Shown: in pieces, positions 51,936-64,000 of the stretch | How positions within the stretch are numbered: the stretch's first letter is position 1 | Layout: each line of letters begins with the position of its first letter | Assembly: GCA_030770535.1 (NCBI GenBank) | Contig: JASVEC010000015.1 | Coordinates: 620,001 to 684,000 of the forward strand | Length of the DNA stretch: 64,000 bases | Direction of reading: 5' to 3' | Source of the DNA: Batkoa obscura | Taxonomy: Eukaryota | The notes under the pieces: model-generated | What the model saw: the letters and a program-made list of their open reading frames with translations, nothing else | Database searches by the model: none | What the model was told of the DNA's origin: nothing | Position numbers and translations under genes: made by a program

Positions 51936-52652
51936 ATGTTAAAACAAATGAACCCAATAAGACTTGCTTTACTACTTTTTCTATACATCCAATATATATT
52001 ACCTCAATCCGTTGAAAACCAAGAAAATGAAGACTATTTAGGGTACGTGGAATTTTATAAAAACCCAATAAGTGCTTCTATATTGATGAGCGAATTTAAA
52101 AACGGCAGTGTCAAATTAGATTTCATTGTAAATCATTTCATTGACTCCGATAAAAGCCAAGAATACCCTTATCATATACATCAACTACCAATCAAAAATG
52201 ATGATTGTGACAGTGCAGGTGGTCATTGGGATCCAACGAATAAAAACCCAAATGATAAAAATGAAAACTATAAATGTACTTCAGCCAAAGTAGAAGCATG
52301 TCAGCACGGGGATCTTTCTGGTAAACATGGTAAACTAAAAGGCCGTAATAACTCTCGTTTTACTATTATTGATGATCAGATTAAAATTAAAGGGAAATTA
52401 TCCGTGATTAATAAGTCCATAGTTATTCATTATCCTACTGATAAAAGAAGGTTGATCTGTGGAACCATTAAGAAAGTCTTAGTTAAAGATCTGATGGGGG
52501 ATAATACTAAGAGCGGCGGAGATAATTCCCCTAGTGTTTCTACTTACACCGCTATTACAGCTACTGTTACTTCAGACCATAGGCATGTGTTTAAAAACCG
52601 GACTAGTTTCAGCTTTAGTTTATTTTTAGTAGCCATTTTTTATTTTAATTAA
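51936..52652 (+). CDS. SOD5: Extracellular, probably GPI-anchored Cu-only superoxide dismutase (SOD5-like)
   Basis: Signal peptide; YHIH, C..AGGHWDP, CQHGDLSGKHG, SIVIH..RRLICGTI; S/T-rich linker and hydrophobic C-terminus. Confidence 0.85.
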   Translation: MLKQMNPIRLALLLFLYIQYILPQSVENQENEDYLGYVEFYKNPISASILMSEFKNGSVKLDFIVNHFIDSDKSQEYPYHIHQLPIKNDDCDSAGGHWDPTNKNPNDKNENYKCTSAKVEACQHGDLSGKHGKLKGRNNSRFTIIDDQIKIKGKLSVINKSIVIHYPTDKRRLICGTIKKVLVKDLMGDNTKSGGDNSPSVSTYTAITATVTSDHRHVFKNRTSFSFSLFLVAIFYFN

Positions 52653-53932
52653 TTTAATAAAAAAATTATATTTTTATTTCTTTATTCTGTTTATAGAATA
52701 ACATTTTTATAAATTTATTAAAACTAAGAACAAGGTTATTATATAAAATGATAGTTTTATTTTATAAAAGCTATTTCATATCTAAAGTAGTTTCAATCAC
52801 TAGAATATTTTATCTAATTTATATTTAAAATTTGAATTAATCTTAATTTTTCATTTTTAGTAACTAATTTCATTTTATTAAATAAATTAATGAGGCATTT
52901 TTCGTATTTATTTATTTAGGGAAATATAGCTTTTAATAAATTTAGAGGCCACCAAAAATAAGATTTTATTTTATAATTATCACATATCTAATGGTACTTC
53001 TGTTCCAAAATAGACATTTAATTGCATATTTTTGAATTGTGCCAAAAAGGATTATTTAAATTAACTAAACTAAAGATGTTTATTAAATTTTATCTCTTTT
53101 TTAAGCTATTTAGTTTTTTTATAAATCCTAGTTAAATTTTTAAATGAAAAGTCATATGTACCCCTTTAAGCTTTGAAGTAATTTATTATTGTAAAAAACA
53201 TCACCATATAAGCTTAACAACATTAGCTATAAGAGAAGGTTGAACGTTTTACTTTGCTAATTTGGTGATTCAAATTGAGACATAAAGATTTGTTAAATAA
53301 TTCAATTTCAAAAAGTGAATATGACTTTGTAGAACTTAAGGCCCATGGGATAATATGCAGCTGTATGACAATTTTTTATAGCATTAAAAAAAATCACGGA
53401 AGATTAATTATATTTCAAAGCGTATTTTTATTTCTAATTTATAAACCTATACATTTTCTGGAAATTAGATATTTATTTCGGAACAAAGAGAAAAATTAGT
53501 TTAGCTACTGTTCCATTTTACTTTGGTTTCTATAAACATGTTTTTACTTAGAATAACTAATATACTATTTAATTTATATGTTTAAAAAGCGGACATGGCT
53601 TTATCTTTTAATAAATACTCTGATATGTTGATTCAAATAGATTCTATTTATAGTACAAATAAGACTATGATTTTTTTTTTATTGAAAAACCTCTTTTCAA
53701 TTGTTTGATTTACTTTATATAAAACCTATTTATCATTAATATATATCCACTAATACGCTTATACTATAATCCTGATACACATAGTATTACTAGTTTATCG
53801 CCCTTTAAACACTAACTATAAAACCTTACAAATACAACTTTAAACCTTCCTAAAAACCATTTAAACAAATTTATTATTTACTTAATATCTTAAAGCTTAA
53901 ATTATGTCAGTGAATTTTATTTTTTAGCGTTT

Positions 53933-54640
53933 CTAATTTTGGAAACGTGCAGCTTTGTTTCCGAGTTGACGTACGGATAACTTACGAAGTACTTTTGGTT
54001 CCTTAGCTTTAGCTACGATTTTTCCTGCTTCAGTAGCAATAATTTCAATATGACATGGGGAAGACATGTATGCTATTAATCAAAAAAAAATAAATCTCTA
54101 AAAACTTATAGAAATAATAAAAATAATTACGGTTAACACGACCATGAGCACGGTAAGTACGTCTACGTTGGTGACGGGCTTGGTTAACTTGAATGTGTTT
54201 AATAACTAAAGCCTCAGCATCAAGACCTTTAAGTTCAGCGTTGGAGACTAAATTCTTTAAAAGATCGGAAAGATACTTAACACTCTTTACGGGCCAACGA
54301 CCTTGAGTGGTATTGAACTCTTTAGCTTGAGCGGTACGACCAACTCCGCCGTTATAACGACGGAATGGTACGCAACGCTTGTGTTCTTTAACAGCTTCAA
54401 GGTAAGCAAGAGCTTTTTGTACTTTCATACCCTTGAGTACGACGGCAGCTTCATGAGTATTCTTTGATTTTAAATTAATTAAAATCTTTAAAATTATAAA
54501 GTTTTTTTACCTTGTAGTGAACACGAAGATCGGAGCCTCTGGCACGGGCAGCTGAAATTTGAATTAAAATTTGATGATTAAGATTTAAATTAAAAATTAC
54601 ATTTTTCTGGGTTGGCAGGGATAGCAGAATATACAGCCAT
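53933..54640 (-). CDS. RPL17: 60S ribosomal protein L17 (uL22), 4 coding exons
   Basis: [62 protein letters not shown]. Confidence 0.97.
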
Positions 54641-55794
54641 TGATAATAAGACTCCTTTAATTAATATGTCAGTTTTATTGTTTATAAATTTGTTGATTAA
54701 CTATAGCTAATTTCGAATAAGATGAATAAGATAGACTCAATTTGATGTGACTGGTTAATATTTCTGGGCTATAACTTTTGGATGTATTGTTTCCCGTTTT
54801 TTCTTCGTTTTCTTTTGTCTTTTAACATTTAACCTCTGCCGCCCACAATTTTGGTATATTAAAATAACTTCTTTTCGATCCTTTTCTTCCTCTTAATTTC
54901 CTTTCTTTAACCCATCAAGTCTTCTCCTCTTATTCTTCTTATTCTAATTTTAAAATGGATGCATGTCACCTACCTTATGCAATCAGAGTTAAAAAGAGGA
55001 TAGTATCACTTACGATAACTACTATTCTCAATTCTTAGACTTATTTTGAATTCCCACCTAATTCGATCCTTCTTTGCAGACTTTGCTTAATTCAAGTTGT
55101 CCTTTTTGATACAGTTGAATTTTTATTCATTTTTTCGAATTTTTGAATATTTTGACTAATTTGTATTCATATTTAAAATTTTAATTTATAAATATTAACA
55201 ACTCAGTCTTGTTGTCAAATATACAATGTTTAATACTGAATTAAAATATAAACACTGGGTTTAAACATTCAAACTTAAGAATAAAGTCAAAGATATAACT
55301 TAAAATTAATTATTGTATTAAAGTTTATACTATTATTTTGAAAACATTATTATTATTTTATCTACTCCTTTTATTATTATTAAAAATTATTTAGTGGATT
55401 TGGATTGTAGTTTAATTATATTAATTACTGATATTTTTTTTATAGGGATATCAGTTTTAAAAAAATAAAATAGCAGCTTTTCTCCATATTTTATAAGCTT
55501 CTTATTACTTGTTTTTATTTTATAGTTTTAATTTATTTACAATTTTGGATTGATAAGTTTTTTGTTTAAAATTAACAAAGCAGGAATTAGTATACATGTG
55601 GTATCAAATAATAGCATCTTTTCAACAGTAAAATAAGTAAAGGCCATTTTTAATTTAAGAGCATAAAACATATCATTTTATTCCTTTTTCGGCCACAACA
55701 TTTCATTTCTCAACATATAATAAACACATAATGCTTCCATTCTACCATCAACTATTTATAGCCATTAAAGATCAAACATCCTTCTTACAGCTCC

Positions 55795-58700
55795 TTATTT
55801 CTTAATACCTTTTTTCCCCGAGGCAAACAATGTGTCATTAATCCTTTCATTCTCTTTTTCTTTACCATTTTGTTTTTCGCGTTGCTTCTTAAACGATATT
55901 ACCTTATTCTTTTTAGCTTTTTTACCTTCATTGGATCCCTCCTTTTGCTTCTGTTTACTCGCACTTGCTTCTTCTGGAACAAAAGTATTTTTTGACCCTA
56001 TTTCAGTAACTGGAGCCTGATTTCTAGTTGCTTCATTATTTTGGTTGGGGGGCAATGGCTGATTATTAGACCGAATATTTATTGGTTGTTGGTTTGAATT
56101 TGTAGATATCGGTTGATGGCTTGGACGTATATTTGTTAACTGATGATTTGGATTCATAGCCACTGGCTGGTGATTTGGGCGACTAATTATTACTTCTGAA
56201 TTTGGACCATAATTTATGTGGTTCTGATGGCCTACAGGTCCTTGGAAGTCAACAAATTTCGGATCTCCTTGAATATCTTTTTCTGATCTATAGGTTGTCC
56301 CTAGCTCCACTCCTGGATGGACCACCGCCATCCTTTTGTTAGGATCGAAATAGGCACCAACTGGAGCATTTTGGCTTCTCTTTTGCATTTGTGGTATCAC
56401 TGGCTCAGCTACTATATTAAATATTAGGACATAAAATTAAATAACAAAACAAAAAGCAATACAGTCTAAGTAAGGAGGGCGATGATGAGTTAATTCAGGG
56501 CGTCTAACATCCATTCTGACTGCTTTTGCGCTACTATAATAAGGCTTCGGTTTTAAGGCTCTAAATCGATTTTGTGAATGTTCCGTATGCAAATTTGTGT
56601 ACATTTGCTGCTCAATATGTGAATTATCTTCTGTATGTCTATGCGTGCCAGGATCGTACTGACTGACAGTAGTTGGACGTTGAGTTAGTGATACTTTAGC
56701 TTGAATATCGTTTGAGGTTGTATAATTTACTGTCTTATGTCTTGTTAATGAATGAGCATAATCCCTTTGCTGATTTGTTTTATTGATCAAAAGCTCATAC
56801 TCATTGTTTATAGATTTGTGACTATAACGCAAATCCTGACCCTCTATTTCATGATCGTTTTTATTAAATTGGGAACGAGGCTGACGATGGTTTTGATTTT
56901 GAAGTTGTTGATTTTGGTTTTTGATTTGAGATTGAAGTCGCCTTTGATTATGAGTTGAAGTTTGACTTTCTTTTTGTCCATAACTTTTCAAGAGTGAAAT
57001 ATGCCTAGTAGGATTAATAACTTCTTTATGGGATACTGGTACCTCCTTATGATTATTTCCCTAGAAAAATTAGTAAATTTTTTTAAACAATTTATAAATC
57101 ATACGTTATGGAAACCACTTATACGAATAGGTGGATTTTCCTCAACAAAATCTTCAATTTCGCTTAAGCTTAAATCAAGATCATTTGTTTTACGTCGAGA
57201 CTTAGTCTTTAAACGATTTGGGGGACTTTTTTGAACGCGTGTCGATGACGTTGACTGTAATTGAACAGACCCTTTATTTCTACTCCTTGTCCTATTATCT
57301 AATGATATAGGATCTGGATTAGAAATTGAACTTATTTGCCTTGGAGGTATATTAAAATGAACGCTCCTTGTTGAAGTAAAGGTATCGTCCATATTTATAG
57401 ATTTATTTTCATTCTTGAAATTAGTTAAATAAATTATCAACATCACAAATAAACTAGTTTACCAATCCAGGAAAGGTTTGGTTCGGATTAAAATTGTTAT
57501 CTACTTCATCTTGATTTTGATACTGTGGTCTTGACTCTGCAGGTTCATATCTTTCGTTATGAGGTTCAGCATGGACTTCTTTATGAAACTGGGTAGACTG
57601 TGGTTCTCGGGGAGCTTGATCTGATTCATTATTCTGTAAATTTGTATTGACTATAGGAGAGAAATTCTGAGTTGAAAGCTTATAATTATTAAGTTCATAT
57701 AAACATTCAGTATATTTCCTTTGAAGTACTTCTACTTCTTTCATCCTTAGTTTTTCTTCAATATTTCTAAGTTCGATGCCTTCTTGGTACTAAAAGTATT
57801 AAAAGATAGATACAATAATTAGAATTTCTTACTGATCGTAACAGAAGCTTACAGCCTGCAACTTCAGCTTTAAGGTCTTCAATAATATTATCTTTTATGA
57901 CTTTCTATAAAAAACAAATTAATATACACGTTCATCTAATCCATAACCTGTTAACTACCTCTTTATTAAATGTAGCTCGATCAAGCTTTGCTTCAGTTTC
58001 AACAGTAGAAAGATGCGTTAATGCAGCGGAAAGCTAAAACAGGATAAGTAATCAATTTTATCAAGATGTATTTTTAGCAAATCAAACGAATGAGTAAAAA
58101 TATACCATAGCACGTATCGCAGATTGGGAATAAGTGTCAATCTCTGCTTCTTGTAAATTTATCAATGCTGTTCTTGACAGGTTTCCTGCGGCCTGCTTTT
58201 TTTTGGGCTATTTATAGTTAGCTTATTATACGTAAATTCAAATTGGTAATAGAACCGGATTAAAATAAATTAATTACCGTTATTTGTGAAAGGTCAATTA
58301 CTTGATCTAAAAATTAAGTTAAAAAGTTTTCTATTTGAATAAACTTTACTATCATTTTGTGTTTCGTCAGTATTGGCTTGGTCCCTGTGCCTATTTTTGT
58401 TATTTATTCCATCCAAATTTGTCGAAGGGGATATCATAGATTCATTATTTACCAAAGTAGGTGTGCTTTGTTGATGTGATTCTCTAACATCTTTCTTAGC
58501 AGAAACTTCGAAGTCGCTTGCAATAAAGATTTCTTCATCTGTCAGTTTTAAAACTATTTCCCAAAACTCTTTTTTTTGTTCCAAAATCTAAAATTTAAAG
58601 TGAGAACTTTTTGTAAAACAATCAGCTTTCTATACTTACCTCCGTATAAACTTTATTAAATATTTCTTGTAACTGATCCTCAGTGACTTGCTCAAACTCA

Positions 58701-58897
58701 GGCCTATCTTTGGATACATAATTTTTCATATAATTACTATATTTTAGATATATATTATTATTTCTTTTTTCTACTTTATTAGTTCCTCCTATGCATTCAA
58801 CATTTGTTAGATCAATCTGGGCTCCATTCATAGGAGAATTTGTACTCGATATGTTCTCGTTATTCCCTTTGTCCGCTTTATCTCCTTTACTTTCCAT
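55795..58897 (-). CDS. Multi-exon hypothetical protein with coiled-coil segment and long Q/N/P/S-rich disordered region
   Basis: Chain of same-strand ORFs separated by short GT-AG gaps; heptad-like IELRNIEEKLRMKEVEVLQRKYTECLYEL; no family recognised. Confidence 0.6.
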
Positions 58898-59364
58898 CCT
58901 GATAACTTGAATTTTATCAAAAGATAAGTTTTGAAATTACTAGCCCGATTTTTGGAAGCTCACTTTCCTTTTTTACACAAGTGGTAATAGTTGATAGTTT
59001 ATTGGCTTAAACTAAGTGTTATGTAAGAGATAAAAGTTGTAGAAATTATTATAGAATATTAAAAATTAAATTTGATTTATATTGCTTTAAAAAAATAAGT
59101 TGTTTGAATTTCGTCTTTCTTGTATTATTAAATTTAATTCAAATCAATAAACAGTATAAAGTCATTAAGTCATGAAATAGAGCATCGAATACACTAGCTT
59201 AATCGCATACGAAATTTAACACTTTTATCATGAAAATTATCTTTATTGGATAATTTTTTAAAATAATTTATGTATAATTACTATTCATGATATCAATTTT
59301 AATTTTAATTTAACTTTTAAGCATATCTTTTTAATTTCTATATTTTATAAAGCTTTATATTTTT

Positions 59365-59462
59365 AGGAATAAAATTTTTGTATTCAACAATTTTATCAAC
59401 AATTTTTCCACTCAAATAGTGCTTGAAAGATGGAAAAAGTGATGAAGCCAAAAAAACATTGG
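59365..59462. mobile_element. MITE copy with eroded TIRs, just downstream of eIF3b
   Basis: Core TTTTTCCACTCAAATAGTGCTTGAAAGATGGAAAAAGTGATGAAGCCAAAAAAACAT. Confidence 0.75.
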
Positions 59463-59530
59463 AAATACCATATTTTGAATGAAAATAATTACTATCTTTT
59501 ATTAATAAGTCAATACGATTTTCAAAGCCT

Positions 59531-61795
59531 CTATTCCTCAACAACCTCTTCAAATTCTTCAACAACCTCTTCGACCCATTCCTCAATTTCTTCTTCTTTA
59601 TCATCAAGTTGAGTTGCAGAGCTATCCATCCTCTTATCGGCAAGTTGTTTTTCAATAATACTACGCCATGCCTTCCATTCATCATTAAGGCGTTTGCGAT
59701 GAGCAAGTTCAGCAGCTGAAATAGCGTTACGGGACATAGCATCCTCTTCATCAAATTGTTTGGAGTAGGTGTTGAGGTTCTTACGCACTTTACGTTTTTG
59801 TTCCATAGATAACAGAGACTTAGGTCTTGGGCGCCATAAGATTTGTTTGAAGTTTTCAATTGGTTTCTTATATAAGGGAGTACCCTTAAAGTCCCAAATA
59901 CAGAAACCATTTTCTATTTCATGATGCCACATTGAAGAACTGGTAATAACATAGCGACCAGTAGGATCCCATTCGATATCGGTAAGTCCATAATGTTCAG
60001 GAGAACCAATCATATGCAAGTTGGAACTACTGTCCTTTTTGCTTTCAAGTTCAAAGTCAATATCCCAGAACTCAATACTACTCATTGTCTTGGAACGAAG
60101 GGTGGCAAGAACGAAGTGACGTCCTTTGGGTGACCATACTAAACTATTTACAGTCTTTTTATCAAGGGTAGTAATCAATTTAAATTCATCCTTTGATACT
60201 GTATTTTTGCTTCCCTTTTTAATTTCACGGCCATAAAAGCTGACATTTGTTTTTGGAGTAGGTGGAGCCATACCAGGAGCGGTAGGAGCAGTTGGAGGAG
60301 CATCACCAGTAGCAATGAAACCGAAACGTTGATTATTAGATGGTTCCCAAGCGAATTGTAAGATAGTGTCTTTAATCTCAATAACTTCAACTGGTATGTC
60401 CTTTTCTCTAACTCTGAAGATTTCAACATTTGAAAAGGTTGATTTTTTAGACTTGGTAAATCGATTCACTCTTACTGCTAAGAGCTCACCATTCTTATGC
60501 CAGTGGAGTTTACAGTCACTTACGTTGAAAAGATTCTTAGTCCTTAGTATCTCTTTAGATGGTACAGAGATTAATGTTACTCTTGCTGGTGTATTGGCCA
60601 ACTCTGGGGTCCAATAAGCAAGCATATCATCTCCTTCTTTAGTTTTACTTTCTCCTTTCTTATCTACCTTTTTATGTGCTGGTGCCCACTCAAAATCAAT
60701 AATACCTTCAACTTTGAGGGATTTTTTATCTACTAAGCCCATATCTGGAGCAGAATAAATTGAAAGCATTTGACCAGGTATAACACGTGCAAAGTAAACA
60801 TCATTAGGAGACCATTTGAATACAGGCCAGGTGATCTTAGTAGGGGAGTCACTATCAGGGACAGTTTGTTGAGTGTTAGGGAAAGATCTTAAAAGTACAC
60901 CAGTTTTGACATCCCATATACAAATTTGATGACCTTCATTTTCTTCACCAAAAGGAGAAGTAGCACCTGGAGCAGCGCCCGACCCAGCCACTATAGGATC
61001 ATTGGACCAAGTAACAATATAACGTTCACTTGGTGAAAAATCAATTAATTTGACACCTGGATGTACGAAACGTACAATTTTGTTCCAACTAGCACCTCCC
61101 CAAAGAGCTACACCTTGAGGATGGAGACTACATAAATAAGTACCTTGTGGAGACCATTGGGTATAAGTTTCAGTCCATAATTTACGGCTGAATAGAGATT
61201 CTGGAGCTTCTGTACGGTTGTTCCATACAATAGATGTGTTGTCACCAATCAAAGTAACAAATTGATCTCTTGCAAGGCTATCTGAAAGATGGCTTAATAA
61301 ATGTTCTTTTTCAACATACTCTTCAAGTTCTGGCTCAATGTAGTCATTACTTAAAGCGCTATAGGTTTCTACGTCGGTAAATTTATTTACAGCTAAAGTG
61401 TGTTTTTTATCAAAAGGATAGCCGTTAACATGTTTGATAGCAAGTGCTGCTTGTTCAGCGTTTTCAAACTCCAAGAAAAGGAAACTAAAAAGCGATTTAA
61501 TATAGCAAATAGAAAATAGAAAATATGTTTACCCTTCAGAGGTATTTTTACCATCTTTTTCAGACATTGGCATAACAATATTATCTTGAACCAAAGTACC
61601 ATATTTTTTGAAGATCTTTTGAACAACTGTTATAAGTTTGTCATATTTGCTCTCGTCTACTTTTGGTAATCCGTCCACTACGATCAAGTTGTCAAAGTTG
61701 TTTTCAAATTCTAAGGCATATTCTCTTTCCAAATCACTAAAATCTATTTCGTTCTCACTAGCTGGTAAGCTATCCTTATTAAATAAACTTGGCAT
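59531..61795 (-). CDS. PRT1: Eukaryotic translation initiation factor 3 subunit B, 2 exons
   Basis: N-terminal RRM (IVVDGLPKV, G|FLFLEF, FDKKHTL), WD-type propeller (WSPQGTYL, WDPTGRY, WRPRP), acidic tail EEWVEEVVEE. Confidence 0.97.
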
Positions 61796-62984
61796 TTTGT
61801 AAGTTTAAAAAGTCACTGATTCACTTTATGATTATTAAATTTTGATTTATGAACTATTATGGGTTCTTGATTTAATTCCTTTTTAGAGAAAATTACAAAA
61901 ACTTATTTTAATATTGTAACTCTATTATGATATAATTTACAGCAATCTTTAGAGTTAGCTATTCGTTTTTCTCTTGTAAGAGCCTATTAAAGAATTTTTA
62001 TCCTAGTTTCAGCAGATAATTATTTTTAAATGAATTAGAAGTTCGCAATAAAGCTATGGCAGGTCTATGCTGGGATATATATTTTTTTAAAGCTCAGATT
62101 AAAACCCAAATTTTGATCTGTTTTTAAAAAGCCATCACAATTTAAGCACAAGTTTTTTTCCAAGGGTCAAAAAATCTACCTCATATCATAGTGTTGAATT
62201 AAGAACTTAAATTAAATTTAAACAACTATCTTTAAGAAATTTAGTACAATTTAGACTTATTATTATAAGTGATTGTTTGGTATTTACATAAATGTTAATA
62301 TAATTGTTTATTTGTATTGAGCAATATAAATAAAATCCTTGAGTTTTTTTCACTTATCAAAAAAGGCCCACAAGCCATTTGGCCATAAATTTAAGTACTG
62401 AAACTCCTTCCTATTTAAGAAAATAAAATATATGAAACTTATACTCCAGGCATGTCAAAATACATATAATTTCCGTTAAAAAAGAAATATTAATTTAAAG
62501 ATATTGTTAAATAAAGATTACTATAATATTATATCTATTTACTTCATCAATAATAAATTTAGTATAGTTGAAAACTTTACAAACTTTTAAAAGGCCGTTA
62601 AAAAATGGCACTTTAAGGCAACATAAAGTTTAGTTACAAGTAAATATTATTTTTAGCTTCAGATAAAAGATACTATACTAGAATTTATTTGACAATATTA
62701 GTGTTATTTCATATTTTATTGTTTCATTGTAGTTTATTATTTATGTCAGGGGTTTATTTATATTATTTTTTATCTGATAATGGTGAAATTAAAATACAAC
62801 TTAAGTGAGAAAAAATAGTCAAAAGTCAAGATGAAAATATAAATAAGCCGTTATAACAAAGTTAAAAAGCAATGTGAAAAAAGCAGCTAAATCCAACCAT
62901 AAAAAAGAAGTAAATTTGACATAAAAGCAACTAAAGTTCTCTTTAATTTCATTTTTTTAAAATAGTGTGTAAATCTTAGTTTTA

Positions 62985-64000
62985 ATGCTACAACATCCTT
63001 ATCTACATGCTCTGGATTCCAATTCCACAGCCACTTTAATGTCCAACTTTATCCTAGATGAATCAAGGCCCAGGTTTTACTGGATGGTAAGACAACATAT
63101 GCTATAATGTTTTTGTTTAATAAATTAATTATAGATACCAAATAATAAACAAGGACAAAGGATATTGATTTTGAATATAATACGATATGTGCTATTAGGA
63201 TTAACTAACTTGATACTAGGCATTTACTTCTACATTAATGATAACAATTATGATACAAATATTGCAAATTATAACTTTCAATATTTTTTTCACTTACAAT
63301 TATTTTTTTTGTTCTCGTTTCAACTGTTTTTAATCTGGGATGGGGTAAACTTACTATTATACTTTATTCGGATCACTTATTTAATGTTTTATTTAGTGCA
63401 TAAAAAAATTAAACTTACAACTTTTCAGTAGTCTAATCCTTGATTTTATTATCAATGGTTATATCATATTAAAGTTAAACAGAGGATATGAAGTAACTCA
63501 AGAATAATATCTGCTATTACATTATTGAACTAATCTTAATTTCAATTAGCATCTAACCAATATGAATATAACATATTATCGACTGTTTATTTATATTGAT
63601 ATTTTATTTTTGATCTTAAATGTGTGTTACGTTCCCTGTCTATTGACACTGTTGTTTTTGGCCAATATAGATCCAAGATGGTATAATAATCACAACTTAT
63701 CTATGAATGATTTTAAAACAAACAGTAAACTTATTATTATCGTATGTTTCGACTAAAATTAATTATTTCAGTCATGATAAAATGGTATGATTGTACAATA
63801 TTATTACACAAATTAAGTGCAGGATTGATTTTAATCACTTGCTTTCAAATATCTACTTTATTTTGGTATCGTTCATTGCCAGACGTTATTGCTATATTAG
63901 CCATTAGCATTGATTTATGTTTGGCGTTTACTTTAATTGGATTCTATTCGGTAATAGTAGTATCAATGTTAGTATAATAGCAATATATTAATTATCTTTT
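62985..64000 (+). CDS. Multi-pass membrane protein of unknown function (3' end uncertain, at window edge)
   Basis: ATG 62985; phase-0 intron 63087-63134 leads in frame into the 63165 ORF; several hydrophobic segments follow. Confidence 0.45.

Noticed and set aside
59338..60617. Overlapping ORFs within eIF3b (59338-59910, 59430-59612, 60175-60429, 60366-60617)
   Set aside because: Alternative frames of a conserved, codon-biased gene

Overview
Very AT-rich eukaryotic DNA with short (mostly 40-60 nt) GT-AG introns. The gene content (TOK channels, GT15, a Fungal_trans-like domain, Cu-only SOD) indicates a fungus, probably an early-diverging one such as Zoopagomycota/Entomophthorales (inference). 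Housekeeping genes (bL9m, PDX2, HemK/MTQ1, a MARCH-type E3, RPL17, eIF3b) are interleaved with locally amplified families. These are six TOK-like 8TM/2-pore K+ channel genes (five with atypical pore-region residues), two very long modular metallothionein-like genes (222 aa/50 Cys and 265 aa/64 Cys), and four MOSC/mARC-like copies (one pseudogene). Also present are a P450 pseudogene, a cytochrome b561, a GPI-type Cu-only SOD, a membrane-anchored CBA1/BtuF-like binding protein and a 7TM receptor. About 17 copies of a ~99-bp MITE with 4-bp AWWT target-site duplications occur singly, in tandem and nested. Paralog pairs repeatedly share near-identical internal tracts with diverged flanks, suggesting gene conversion. 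Exon boundaries were read by eye and family calls come from motif recognition, not database searches.
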